Source: the human T2T-CHM13v2.0 reference genome, Homo sapiens
DNA: 64,000 nucleotides
NCBI RefSeq assembly: GCF_009914755.1
Contig: NC_060941.1
Direction: 5' to 3' (one strand)
The notes under the pieces were generated by a model. It made no database searches. It saw nothing but the letters and a program-made list of their open reading frames with translations, and had not been told where the DNA came from. Shown here in pieces: positions 26,889 to 41,338 of this stretch (position 1 is its first letter; each line of letters starts with the position of its first letter). Position numbers and translations under genes: made by a program.

Positions 26889-29507
26889 GCTGGACGCGTG
26901 GTGGGTGATCCTCTTGGCGTGCATCTCTGTGATGAGCTGAATGTGCTGCCAGCATCTACAACACCAGAGTGGGTGCACATCCCATGACCCAGCTCTGATC
27001 CTAACAGATACTGTGCGGCGTAAACCCAGCAGAACTTAATCTGCATGGCCACCAAGAGCAGCACTGTCATCAGAGCTCAAAACTGGGAACTACCCAAGTG
27101 CAGAATGGAAAAGCTGGAAACATACATGACAAGAAGGCACCCTCCAGGGCTGTACACACAGCGTGGGTGCCTCTCCCAGGCTGCTAAGCAGAGAAGGGAG
27201 CAGCTGCTGGGTGGGGGCCCTGGCCCGGAGCACGAGGGCAGCCGAAATTCTTCTGTGCTGTGAGAAACTAGGAAAGCAGCTGCCCTTGGGGAAGGGGGTG
27301 ACCAGAGGGGCCTGAGGGGGCTTCTGGGGGCTGCGATCTTCTGTTCTTCCTCAGGGTGCCGGTTACATGGTGTGTGCAGCTTATGAACCTTCATCCAGCA
27401 GTAAGACTGTGATGTGCACTTTTCTGTATGGATATCATATTTTAAGAGGAGTTTCAAAAAATCTCTGTCTTCAAAGACATCACAACTGAGCTGGAAAAGG
27501 CTGAACGATGACCTGTGGTTAAACGCCAAAGGAACGGGACTGAAAACGGGGATAGGGAGGCCTAAAGGGTCCCTGTTAGGGAGCTGTGGCAAGAGCCTGA
27601 GGCTGTTAAGAACGTGAACCAGCAGAAGCAAGGCAGCCCAGGGCAGACCACCGTCCTGGGTGCTGCCCTGTGGGCGGTGGGCAGTCTGGGCAGCCCTCAT
27701 TATCTGGGGCAGCCTATGTTTGGGAAAGCAGGCACTGGGCAGCTTTGTGGGAACTGCATGTTGGGCTAAGAAGGCTCAACTTCCCCCTGCCAGCAGGGGT
27801 AGCCAAGGAAGGCTTCTGAACAAGGAGTAACAAGCAGAAATTCATGCGTGGCAAGCTCAGCTTCGATGCCAATGGCGGGTGGATCAGAGGTGGCATTTAG
27901 CCCAAAATGAGGGTGCTGAGGAGGCTCCAAGGGGCAGGATACCCACTTTCCCTAGAAAAGAGGCTGGCAACACCGGACAGTTACAGACATCATGGCACCC
28001 AGGAAAGTCATACAAAGCAAAACAGACGTGTGCAGAATTAAGCAATAGATCTCTCTGGTATCCAAATCAAGACAAGCTGCAGAAAGTTGTCTGTTGGAGG
28101 GACAGTGGCCAAGTGTGCATTTCGGCCACACCCGTGGCACTCTCCCGTCTCCACTACAAGGAGGGGAAGGCAGGGCTCCCACCCCACGGGGGCTGCCCTG
28201 TTCCGGGGGGGCATCGAGCAAGCTCACGGCACCACTGGGACCGCACAGCCGCACAGAAGCGAGACGCACAGAGTCTCCCACCCTCTCTGCGTTCTCCAAC
28301 CCGGAGCAGTGCCCCTCTTCATACCAGGTAGCAGTTTAATTTCTAGCATTAATCCCTAAAGTTTAGCCAGCTCAACCCAGTTAGCCAGAGGATCCCAGAT
28401 GTCAAAAAGCCAGGGGCATAAACAGGCGCAGGGAGGAAATGCACCCGGGGAGGCGAGCGCCTGTTCTGCCCTGGGATGGATGGTGGGCCGTGTCTCCAGG
28501 GCCGCTGCAGCCAAGCCTCCATCATCGCTGCAGGGCCAGGTGAGTGCCCTGAAGCTCCTCACGAGAAACACAGGCGGAGGCACCTGTGAGGACGAAGGGC
28601 CGGAAGGGGCCTTCCACGAGGCACACTGTTCAACAGGGGCTCTGCTCACAATGCGGCTTGTTAGCGTCAGGTTTCAGGAGAGAAGGGTATCCGTGAGCCT
28701 GGGTAACGAAGGAAGACTTATCTCACTAAGGAAGCTGGAAGTTTCTCACAATGAATCCTGTGTTTGGCAGAGACAAGGAATTTGCTTTAATATTATTGCC
28801 TTGAAGAAAGTCAAATGTTTGCGTGGGGCTCCTGCTTGGGGAGGCCAGCCCCTTTGTGAGGGGATCTGGTTGCCATGGTCTCAGCAGGAAAAACTCACAC
28901 GGCGGCGAGATATTAACATTCCTTCCTCCTGGAGAGAAGAGTGGGGATTGTACTTCATTTTGGTTTTAGCAAGCGGCGACGTTATTAGGAAAGTGGGGCT
29001 CCGTTAGTGCATGAATCGTAATAAGTGAATCAGCCCATTTCAAATACCCAGCACTTCTGAAAAGAGACACTTTGGATCTATGTTATCTAATAGTCAATAT
29101 AACTCTCCCTATTCAAGAAAAAATATCATTACAGGAAAATACGTCCCTTTCAGCTATAACCAAACCAACCATATTTTATTAAAGTGTAGAATAGGGTCCC
29201 CACGAGGTCTCCTTACCCACACTTCAGACAGGCAGCAGGACGGCTCATTTCAGCCCTTCACCTCGGTCCTTCAGAACTTTACAACGGATTGTTTTTATTA
29301 TTGGCAGAATTCATACAAATGGGATATGCCTCAAGTTAGAGCTAATCTATAAAAAGTACTTTATGAAAAGCAAAATGTTTTCAAAATAGATGAATGTTTT
29401 TAGACAAGGAGTGTCACAACAGTCACCAAAATACTTTAAATTTGTTTTCATCCAACTATAAAAGATGCAAAACTCTCTCTAATATTCTTTAACTTAAAAG
29501 AATATTA

Positions 29508-29818
<311 letters not shown>

Positions 29819-30126
29819 TTATAGTAGTTTCAAAAACCAATTTGTTTACACACATTACAGAAGCAAGTTGAAACAGATGTTCTACAATAATCAATTTATA
29901 AAGAGTTTTCTATTTCAAACCAACGAAAGATAATGAAAACAAGATATAACTTGGGAAAAAACATCTTCCAAATACACAAGACGATGATGATGACAGCAAT
30001 GATGATGACAGACAGCTGCCAACACCTCCTGAGTGCCCGCTGCCCACCGTCCATCCCAGGGCAGAACAGGCACTCACCTCCCTGGGTGCATTTCCTCTCT
30101 GCACCTGTTTATGCCCCTGGCTTTTT

Positions 30127-30555
30127 GACACACTGCTGAGCGCCCGCCGCCCGCCCCTGTTCTAGACACACTGCTGGGCGCCCGCCGCCCGCCCCTGTTC
30201 TAGACACACTGCTGGGCGCCCGCCGCCCGCCCCTCTTCTAGACACACTGCTGGGCGCCCGCCGCCCGCCCCTCTTCTAGACACACTGCTGGGCGCCCGCC
30301 GCCCGCCCCTGTTCTAGACACACTGCTGGGCGCCCGCCGCCCGCCCCTCTTCTAGACACACTGCTGGGCGCCCGCCGCCCGCCCCTGTTCTAGACACACT
30401 GCTGGGTGCCCGCCGCCCGCCCCTGTTCTAGACACACTGCTGGGCGCCCGCCGCCCGAACCTGTTCTAGACACACTGCTGGGCGCCCACCGCCCGCCCCT
30501 GTTCTAGACACACTGCTGGGCGCCCGCTGCCCGCCCCTGTTCTAGACACACTGCA
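30127..30555. repeat. 37/38-bp CpG-rich VNTR, ~11 copies, inside a MIR remnant
   Basis: Unit gacacactgctgggcgcccgccgcccgcccctgttcta; followed by MIR-like ctcatttcacacctcacag...gaaacggaggcagag. Confidence 0.93.
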
Positions 30556-31678
30556 GATTAGCTCATTTCACACCTCACAGCACTCCAAGATGGGTGCTGA
30601 CTACCACGACCTGTTCACAAATAAGGAAACGGAGGCAGAGCGAGGTGGCCGTGGAGCCGACCCCACCAGCCTGGCCCCACACCCAAGTCTACTTTACTCC
30701 TGCGTCTTCTGAGCCCCAGGGCACTGCAGGAGAAGAGCTGGGGCCAGGAGCTGCTCCTGTCCACTGAGACACCCCGCAGGTGAGCCTGTGATTTTGTGAG
30801 TCTCACAGATCTGAACAGGACCCAACAGAGGACTTAACTCCCCAGGCTCTCACATGGGGACATTCCAGAGGGACCGTAAACCCTCAGCCGCTTGCCCTTG
30901 AAATACGTCATAGCTGTAAGACTCCCTCAGGACCAAGTCCACTAGAAAGTGGGGTGATGCCACCCATTCCTGAGCACATTCTAAAGCAGTGGCTCCTGAT
31001 CCTGGATGTGTCTCAGAATCTTCTGGAAAGCTTTTAAAATCCCAATGCCCACGCTGCACCCCAGACCAATTACATGAGAATATCTTAGGGTGAGACTCAG
31101 GCACTGGTTTTCTAAAACTCACTGATGATTCTAACGTGCACAAAGTTGACGACCATTATCTTAGAGAAGCTGTGACTCCTAAAATCTGTAGGAACCCGTC
31201 CACCAACTAAAAACGTATCATCTGCCAACCTTGACTTTTTCAGCCCCATGCAATATAGGCAGGCATATTTTTTTCAAGTCTTATATGGAAACTTTAAAGT
31301 CAAACTAAAAGGACCCTGATCTATTACAATCAAAGCTAAGAACACAAGCTAATCATTCAACATAAAAACAGAGGGTGAATGAAGAAACCTGAACACAGCT
31401 TGACCCAGCATCATGAAATTTCAAAATTCAAAAGTACAAAAAGAAAAATCTTAAATACTTTGAGAAACAATACCTTTAAAATAACAAGAGTCAGACTGGT
31501 GTAAGATTTCTTATTAGAAACATGGACACTAGAATATAATGAGGCAATCCCTTTAAAATTCTAAGAAAAATTATTTTGCACCTAGAATTCTATACCCAGC
31601 CAATCTGTCAACTGAGCATAAAAATATTCTTGAGCAAGAGAAATAAGCAGAAAAAAAGTTTGAAAAAATAATGGCTGA

Positions 31679-32008
<330 letters not shown>

Positions 32009-32486
32009 TTACTGGAGGAGCTCAAGAGTATATTTAAATATGCAGAAGAAAAATTAGCAAACACAGAGATAGATGGATAAGTCTGAATCTGAAAATGGAG
32101 ACAAAGAAGAATGAAGAAAGTGAAAAGCATCTCAGAGAAAGCTGGAATACCAATAACTATACCAACATATGCACAATGCAAGTACCACACGGAAAGGCAA
32201 GAGAAATAAGCAGAAAAAAAGTTTGAAAAAATAATGGCTGAAAAATTCTCATATTATTGAAAAACATTCATCTACACATCCAGGAAGCTCAACAAACTCC
32301 ATGTAGGATAAACACAGAAGATTCGCAGCTAAACACATCATAGTAAAAATGCTGAAACCAAAGATAAGGACAAAATATTGAAAGCGACAAGAGAAAATCA
32401 CTTGCCACTTACAAGAGACCCTCAATAAGATTAACCGCTTACTTCTCATCAGAAACAATGAAGGCCACAGGCAATGGGGTCACACA

Positions 32487-32706
32487 CAGATGCTCCTCAA
32501 CTGAGGGTGAGCCTATGTCTAGGTAAACCTGCTGTAAGTTTAAAACATCATAAGTCAAAAATGCTTGGGGGCCTGGGAGCTGTGACTCATGGCCACTGCC
32601 TGGTATCCTGACAGAACCGTGGTTTCTACTGAATTTGTGTTGCCTTTGACCATCATAAAGTTGAAACATGGTAAGTTGAACTATCACAGGCTGGGGGCCA
32701 TCTGTA
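32487..32706. mobile_element. Tigger4/MER46-like DNA transposon
   Basis: cagatgctcctcaact...gggggccatctgta termini. Confidence 0.7.
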
Positions 32707-32952
32707 TTCATAGTGCTCAAAGAAAAACACTGTCAATTACGAATCCTATATCCAGCAAAGTCATCTTTCAAAAATGAAGAAGCAAGTAAGACATTCTAAG
32801 ATAAACAAAAACTGAGGCAGTTCATTGTAGGGCTGAAATGAAAGGGCACTAAACAGGAACTCATAGAGAAAGAACAAATGAAGAACAGGGATAAAGTTTA
32901 CTATTCAGGTAAATATAAAAGATAGTACTATTTTGGTTTGTATTTTTTCCTA

Positions 32953-33330
<378 letters not shown>

Positions 33331-35447
33331 TTAATGTTACATGATTGAAGCTAAGTGTTAATTCAAACTACATTGTTATAAATTTAAGATGTTCACCGTA
33401 ATCCTCACAGTAACCACTAAGACGATCATTTAGAAATACACAGAAAAGGAAATGAGAAGGGAATCAAAATGGCACATCGGAAATAAGCAATTAAACAGAA
33501 AAGAAGGTAGTAATACAGGATTGAGGAATAAAAAAGACATAAGACATATAGAAAGCAGATAGCAAAGTGGCAAAAGTCCTTGTCAGTAATCACTTTAAAC
33601 ATAAATGGAGTAAATTCTCCAATTAAAAGGCAAAATCTGGCAGAACGGATCTTGAAAATTATGATCCATCTAAATGCTGTCTATATGAGGAATTCACTTC
33701 AGATCCAAAGGCACAAGTAGGCTGAAAGTGGAACAAGGGAAAGAGATATTCCACGCAACTAGTAATCAAAGAGTGCTGGCGTGGCTGTACTAATATCAGA
33801 AAAAATAGACTTCAACTCAAAAATTATTAGAAAAGACAAAGAAAGAGTCAACTGATCAAGAAGATATAACAAGCATAAAACTGTACACATCTAACAAGAG
33901 GGTCACAAAATTAAGTAAGGCAAAGATTGACTGAATTGGAGGGAGAAACAGTTCTACCGTAACAGTCGGAGATTCAACATTCTACCTTCAATAATGGAGA
34001 GAACATCTAGACAGAAGATAAACAGAGAACTTGAACAATACTATAAACCAACTAGACTTAGCAGAAATATACAGAATACTCCACTCGACAGCAGCAGAAC
34101 ACACATTCTCAGGTGTGCACAGCGCATTCTCCAGGACAGGTGACACGTCCGGCCATAAAATGTACCTTAAACATTTGTTTAAAGATTGCAATTATATGAA
34201 GTATCTTCTCTGACCACAGTGAAATGAAACTAGAAATAAGTAACAGAAGTAAAACTGAAAAATTCATAAATAAATGAAAGCTAAACCATATACTCTTCAG
34301 CAACCAATATGTCAAAGAAGAAATCATAAGGCTAATTAGAATATACTCAGAGACAAACGAAAACAAAAACACAACAAACCAAAACTTTCAGGATGTAGAA
34401 AAATCAGTGCATAGAAAGGAATTTATAGCTATAAATGCCTACATAAAAGAGGTCTAAAATCAAGAACCTAAAAGTACACCTTAAGAAGCTAGAAAAAGAA
34501 AAATAAACTAAACACACAGCTAGCAGAAGGAAGGAAACAGTGAAGATTAGAGTGAAAATAAACAAACAATGACAAAACAATAGCAAATCAACAAAAAGAG
34601 TTGATTCTTTGAAGAGGGTCAACAAAATTGACAAACCCAGCTAGACTGAGAAAGAAGGAAAGACAGCTCAAAATGCTGAAATAAAAAGTGGTACATGACT
34701 CCCAAACTTAACAGAAACTAAAAGGATTATGACAGTGTGAAAAACAACATATGCCAAAAAAGTTAGATAACCTAGATGAAATGGACAAATTCCTAGAAAC
34801 AAACTACCAAAATGGACTCAAGAAGAAATAAAAAAAATCTCAACACACCTATAACAAATAAAGAGATTGACTCAGTAATAAAAAAAACAAAAACTCCCAA
34901 CAAAAAAGCCCAGAGTCAGGTGACCTCACTGATGAATTCCACCAAACTCAGAGAATTACTAACACCAATCCTTCCCAAACTCTTCCAAAAAACAAGAGGA
35001 AGAAACACTTATTCTATGAGGCCAGTATTACTCTGATACCGAAGCCACACAAAGATATCATATGAATAGGAACCTACAGGCCAATAGCCCTTACAAATAT
35101 ATATATGCAAAAATCTTCAACAACATACTAGCAAACTGAATCCAGCAGTATACTAGAAAGATTTTACACCAGGAACAAGTGGGATTTATCCCAATAATGT
35201 GAGGGCAGTTCAACATAGGATATCAATCAACGTAACATACCATCTTAACAGATAAAGGGGAAAAAACTATATGATCATCTCAAATTGGTGTCAAAAAGGC
35301 ATTTGACAAAATCCGGCACCCTTTCATGATTTAAAAATTCAACAGACTAGAATTAAAAGGAAACCTCCTTAGCGTAAGAAATGGCATTTATAAAAACCTA
35401 CAGCTAACGTCATATTCAAAGGTGAAAGACTGAAAGCTTTTCCCCTA

Positions 35448-35885
<438 letters not shown>

Positions 35886-36694
35886 TCATAGATAATATGA
35901 TCTTAAATACAGAAAATCCTAAAAACCCACAAAGAACAAACTATTAAAGCTAATAAACTATTAGAGCTAATAATTGTAGGATACAAGGTCAACACTAAGA
36001 GAAATCCATTGTTTATCCCCTAGAAATGAGCAATCTCAAAGAAAATTAAGACAACAATTCACAAAACTTATCACAAAGCTCAAGTAATCAAAACAATGAG
36101 GTACTGGTGTAAGGACAGACATATAGACCAACGGAATAGAATCTGGAGTCCAGGAATGAATCCATACGTTTATGGTTAATGGATTTTTGACAAGAATACC
36201 AAGACAATTCAGTGGAGAAAGAATAGTCTTTTAAATGGTGTTGGAAAAACTGAGTATCTACTTACAAAAGAATGAAGCTGGACCTTTGCTTCACACCATA
36301 CATAAAAATTAAGTCAAAATAGATCAAAGGCCTAAATGTAAGAGCTACAAGTATAATTCTGAAGAAAACATACAGATAAAATCTTCGTGACCTTGATTTA
36401 GCCGTGGCTTCTTAGAAATGACACCAAAAGCACACGCCACAAAAGAAATAATAGATAAATTAGATTTTTGTCTTCATCAAAATCATAAGCCTTTTGTGCA
36501 TCAAAGGACACTCTCGAGAGGGTGAAAAGATAACCCAAAGAACGGGAAAAAAATTGCAAATTATATATAATAAAGCTCTAGTGTCCAGAACATATAAGGA
36601 GCTCTTACAATTCAACAATGAAAACACATACAGCTCAATTTTTAAAATGGCCAAAATACTTGAATAAACATTTCTTCAAGGAAGATATACATTT

Positions 36695-37321
<627 letters not shown>

Positions 37322-37949
37322 AAGGAAGATATATAAATGGCCAACAAGCACACGAAAAGAGGCACAACATCTTTAGTCAACAAGGACATTCAAATGGAAA
37401 CCACAGTGAGACACCACTTCACACCCACTAGCATGGCTATAATTTAAAAAACAGAAAATAACAAGTGTTGATGAGGATATGTAGAAATTGGAACGTTCAT
37501 ACATTGCTGGTAGGAATGTAAAATGCATCCACTGTGGAAAAGTTTGGCAGCTCCTCAGTATGTTAAACACAGAATTACAATATGAGCCAGAAATTCTACA
37601 CCAAGGAATATACCCAAAGGATCTGAAAACCAGTGTTCAAACAACAACTGTACACAAATGTTCAGACTGTCATCATTCATAGTATCAAAGGGTAGAACAA
37701 CTCAAATGTCCACTGCCTGACAAACAGACACACAAAACATGGTACTTATGTACAACTGCATATCATCCTCCCAGAAAAAGGAACGGAGCACGATACATGC
37801 CACAGCACAGAGGAACGTTAAAACGTTATGCTAAATGAAGCCGGTTACAAAAGAGCACGTGGAACCTGACTCCATTCACATGAAATGTCCAGAACAGGCA
37901 AATCTACAGAGACAGAAAGCAGGCGAGTGGTTGCCAGGGTTGGAAGAGC

Positions 37950-38287
37950 CTGCGTGCCACCGCAGAATACCCCAGACTGGGTGGCAGAAGGGGTTTCTCA
38001 CAGTTCTGGAGCCTGGGAAATCCAAGAGTAACGCTCCAGCAGATTCAGTGTCTAGTGAGGGCCCCTTCCTGGCTCACAGAGGTGCCTTCTCCCTGTGTTC
38101 TTACAGAGCAGGAGGGGTGAGGGAGCTCTGAGCGGCCTCTTTTATAAGGGCACTAATCTCATTGGTGAGGCCCCACCCTCATGTCCTAATCACCTCCCAA
38201 AGTCCCCACCTAATGTCATCCTAATACTATCACCCTGGGGGTTCCAAATATGAATCTCAGGGTGGGCACAGACATTCAGATCATAGT
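37950..38287. mobile_element. MLT1A-like MaLR LTR
   Basis: ctcacagttctggagcctgggaaatccaag...ttttataagggcactaatctcatt...acattcagatcatagtaa. Confidence 0.8.
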
Positions 38288-39374
<1,087 letters not shown>

Positions 39375-39504
39375 TAATAAGTGGTATATCCAATTACCAC
39401 CAGGATACTTTTTGTCAGTATTTGAACAACATGAAACTGTTTCAGTACGTAAGTTGATAAGAAACCACGAATTATAGTTTAATAAACTAAGCATGTTTAC
39501 TTAC

Positions 39505-39604
39505 CGCCTCTAGGAGAGGGAGAATCGTGCCCCCCAATGATCACATGGACACCAGAATCTTCCAGCTTCACTCTCCATTTTTCAATGATAGCCCCAGACT
39601 TGTC
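39505..39604 (-). CDS. B3GNTL1: B3GNTL1 coding exon (approx. exon 3): [33 protein letters not shown]
   Basis: tttcag|GACAAG...AGAGGCG|gtaagt. 100 bp, phase 0/1, frame-compatible with the neighbouring exons. Confidence 0.96.
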
Positions 39605-39702
39605 CTGAAAGCAGAACACTGGCAGGTCAGGAAACTTCCCTCCGAACAGTCAACCGTTGCTTACACTGGGGCTGAGTCACCCGACAGGAAGTTCCTACAA
39701 AC

Positions 39703-39819
39703 CTTACTGGCATCATTGAAAACAGACAGCTCCATGGTACCTTCAAAGTCCTGTTGCAAAACAGACCTCAAACATTCGTCCAGCCACGGTTCAGCGTTGT
39801 GGACTGGGAGGATAATAGA
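39703..39819 (-). CDS. B3GNTL1: B3GNTL1 coding exon (approx. exon 2): [39 protein letters not shown]
   Basis: ttccag|TCTATT...AGTAAG|gtttgt. 117 bp, phase 0/0. Classic GT2 N-terminus (SII.PV.N, ND.S.D). Confidence 0.96.
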
Positions 39820-40414
39820 CTGGAATTCAAAAGAAATGGATTAACAGAAGTCTGAGACCACGGCCTGGTCTCAGAGGTGACAAGCGAGGTCATAACAGCA
39901 AAGGTCCTTTTTCCAAGACGGCATTGAGCGACTTGCATGTTCAGTATCCTTTCTTCATCACGTTCCATAGTTTAAAATGCCAGAGAATATACACGTTTCT
40001 TTTGAATTTTTCAGTTGGCTATGTTTGTACAAATAATAATAAAGCATGAAAAACATGGGGTCACTGGGAAGTTGTGTGCAGGAGGCTGTAAGGCATCGAC
40101 TGTCGTCTTACGTTTCTTCCCAGTCGAGTCTTCCTCAAGAGTAAGAACTCCCGGACTTACCATAGTGACGGCAACCTGCTTCTCGGACTCCAGTTTAAGA
40201 AACGTTTTTAAGTTCATGCCCTGTGCTGGAGACAGTTCCCTGGGAACGGGTTGAGAGCAGGGTATGGGCCCACCTCCCGCCCAAGCCTGAGGAAGCTCTG
40301 GTCAGCCCCGAGCTCAGATGCAGAGTGCAGCTCCTTCAGGGACGCTCGCTCGTGTGGGTGCAGCTGATGCCCGTGCAAGACCTGGCCTTTATGGCGCTGC
40401 TCTGTGGTTGTGGA

Positions 40415-40710
40415 AGAAGGCACATGGGGTGGGGTCTGGGGAGAACCAGGCGGGAGCTCCCAGGGTCCTCCAGTCGGGTCCCACAGGGCCTGTGTCATTC
40501 CCCCAGCAGTGAGATGTGACCACACCTGTGAGGTGTCTATCAGGGAAGCACATTTGAGCCTCAGTGCCCAGGCTAGACTGGGGTCTGGCCACGTGGGCAC
40601 CTCCGCCTGGCACGAAACAAAATTCCAGACCCCCAGCAGGAAAGCAGGTGCCAGCGTAAAGCACACGGTTTGCGCAGATTGAGCCAGTGAGGGGGCCTCA
40701 TGAGGCAGGG
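40415..40710 (-). mobile_element. MER21-like LTR fragment (sense on the minus strand)
   Basis: gagaaccaggcgggagctccc...cagggaagc...ctcagtgcccagg...aaaattccagacccccagcaggaaagcaggtg resembles the reverse complement of the recalled MER21 consensus. Confidence 0.7.
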
Positions 40711-40916
40711 CTTGGTCCAGGCCCCCGCATGCCAGCCCAGGTCTGATCTCGCCAGGGACCTTCCCTTGGATGTCAGTGGACATGAGCTGTCGTCTCAGCC
40801 TCACCTGGACCTGTCTGTTTTCCAAGGTGGTCACATTGGCAGGGGTCACAGCTTTAAGGGGATGCCCTAACATCCTCTTCCTTTGACCAGGCACTGCTTC
40901 ATCTAAAATCACAAAT

Positions 40917-41045
40917 GGGCCAGGCATAGTGGCTCACGCCTGTAATCCCAGCTATTTAGGAGGCGGAGGTGGGGGGATTGTTAGGGCCCAGGAGTTTGAG
41001 ACCAGCCTGGGCAACATAGTGAGACCCCATCTCTAAAATAACAAA
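40917..41045 (+). mobile_element. Alu left monomer (FLAM_C/AluJ-like)
   Basis: ggccaggcatagtggctcacgcctgtaatcccagc...gagaccccatctctaaaata. Confidence 0.88.
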
Positions 41046-41158
41046 ACAATGCAATGTAAAACAATACAGTAGAATACAAAAATAATCGGAGGTATGTCCT
41101 GCAGAGGTCTCTGGGACCCACTGGGACCTGAACAAGAATGAGACCTTGCTGAGCCTAT

Positions 41159-41250
41159 GCTCCTCCGAGTGTACTTGGGGTTAGGGTCTTGGGGAGTGTG
41201 GCCTCAGCTCCTCCGAGTGTACTCGGGGTTAGGGTCTTGGGGAGTGTGAC
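41159..41250. repeat. 48-bp duplication (x2) containing GGGGTTAGGG
   Basis: gctcctccgagtgtactYggggttagggtcttggggagtgtg twice. Confidence 0.9.
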
Positions 41251-41277
41251 TTCAGCTCTGTGTTTGAACTTCTGCAG

Positions 41278-41338
41278 GCCCGTCACGGACCATCTGGACG
41301 AGCAGGCAGTGCAGGGCCTGAAGCAGATTCACCAGCAG
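41278..41338 (+). CDS. TBCD: TBCD coding exon (approx. exon 21): (R)PVTDHLDEQAVQGLKQIHQQ
   Basis: ctgcag|GCCC...CAGCAG|gtttgt. 61 bp. Matches the recalled TBCD protein. Confidence 0.95.

Larger units (their letters stand above)
39820..41277. other. Interval containing a putative rearrangement junction (B3GNTL1 intron 1 joined to TBCD intron ~20)
   Basis: Two outward-facing splice acceptors (minus at 39820, plus at 41277). Neither gene's upstream exon, nor a CpG island, lies between them. Confidence 0.85.

Noticed and set aside
40214-40927. 237-aa minus-strand ORF across the junction gap
   Set aside because: Starts in an Alu and runs through an LTR remnant with no recognisable domain; likely chance in GC-rich DNA. 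Its stop overlaps the 40217 ATG.
39820-41277. Normal bidirectional promoter, or an inversion, as the explanation
   Set aside because: No CpG island or first exons are present. Both genes keep their recalled reference strands, which an inversion junction would not.
39703-41338. B3GNTL1-TBCD fusion protein
   Set aside because: The genes are on opposite strands and both present acceptors facing outward, so no sense-sense fusion is possible.
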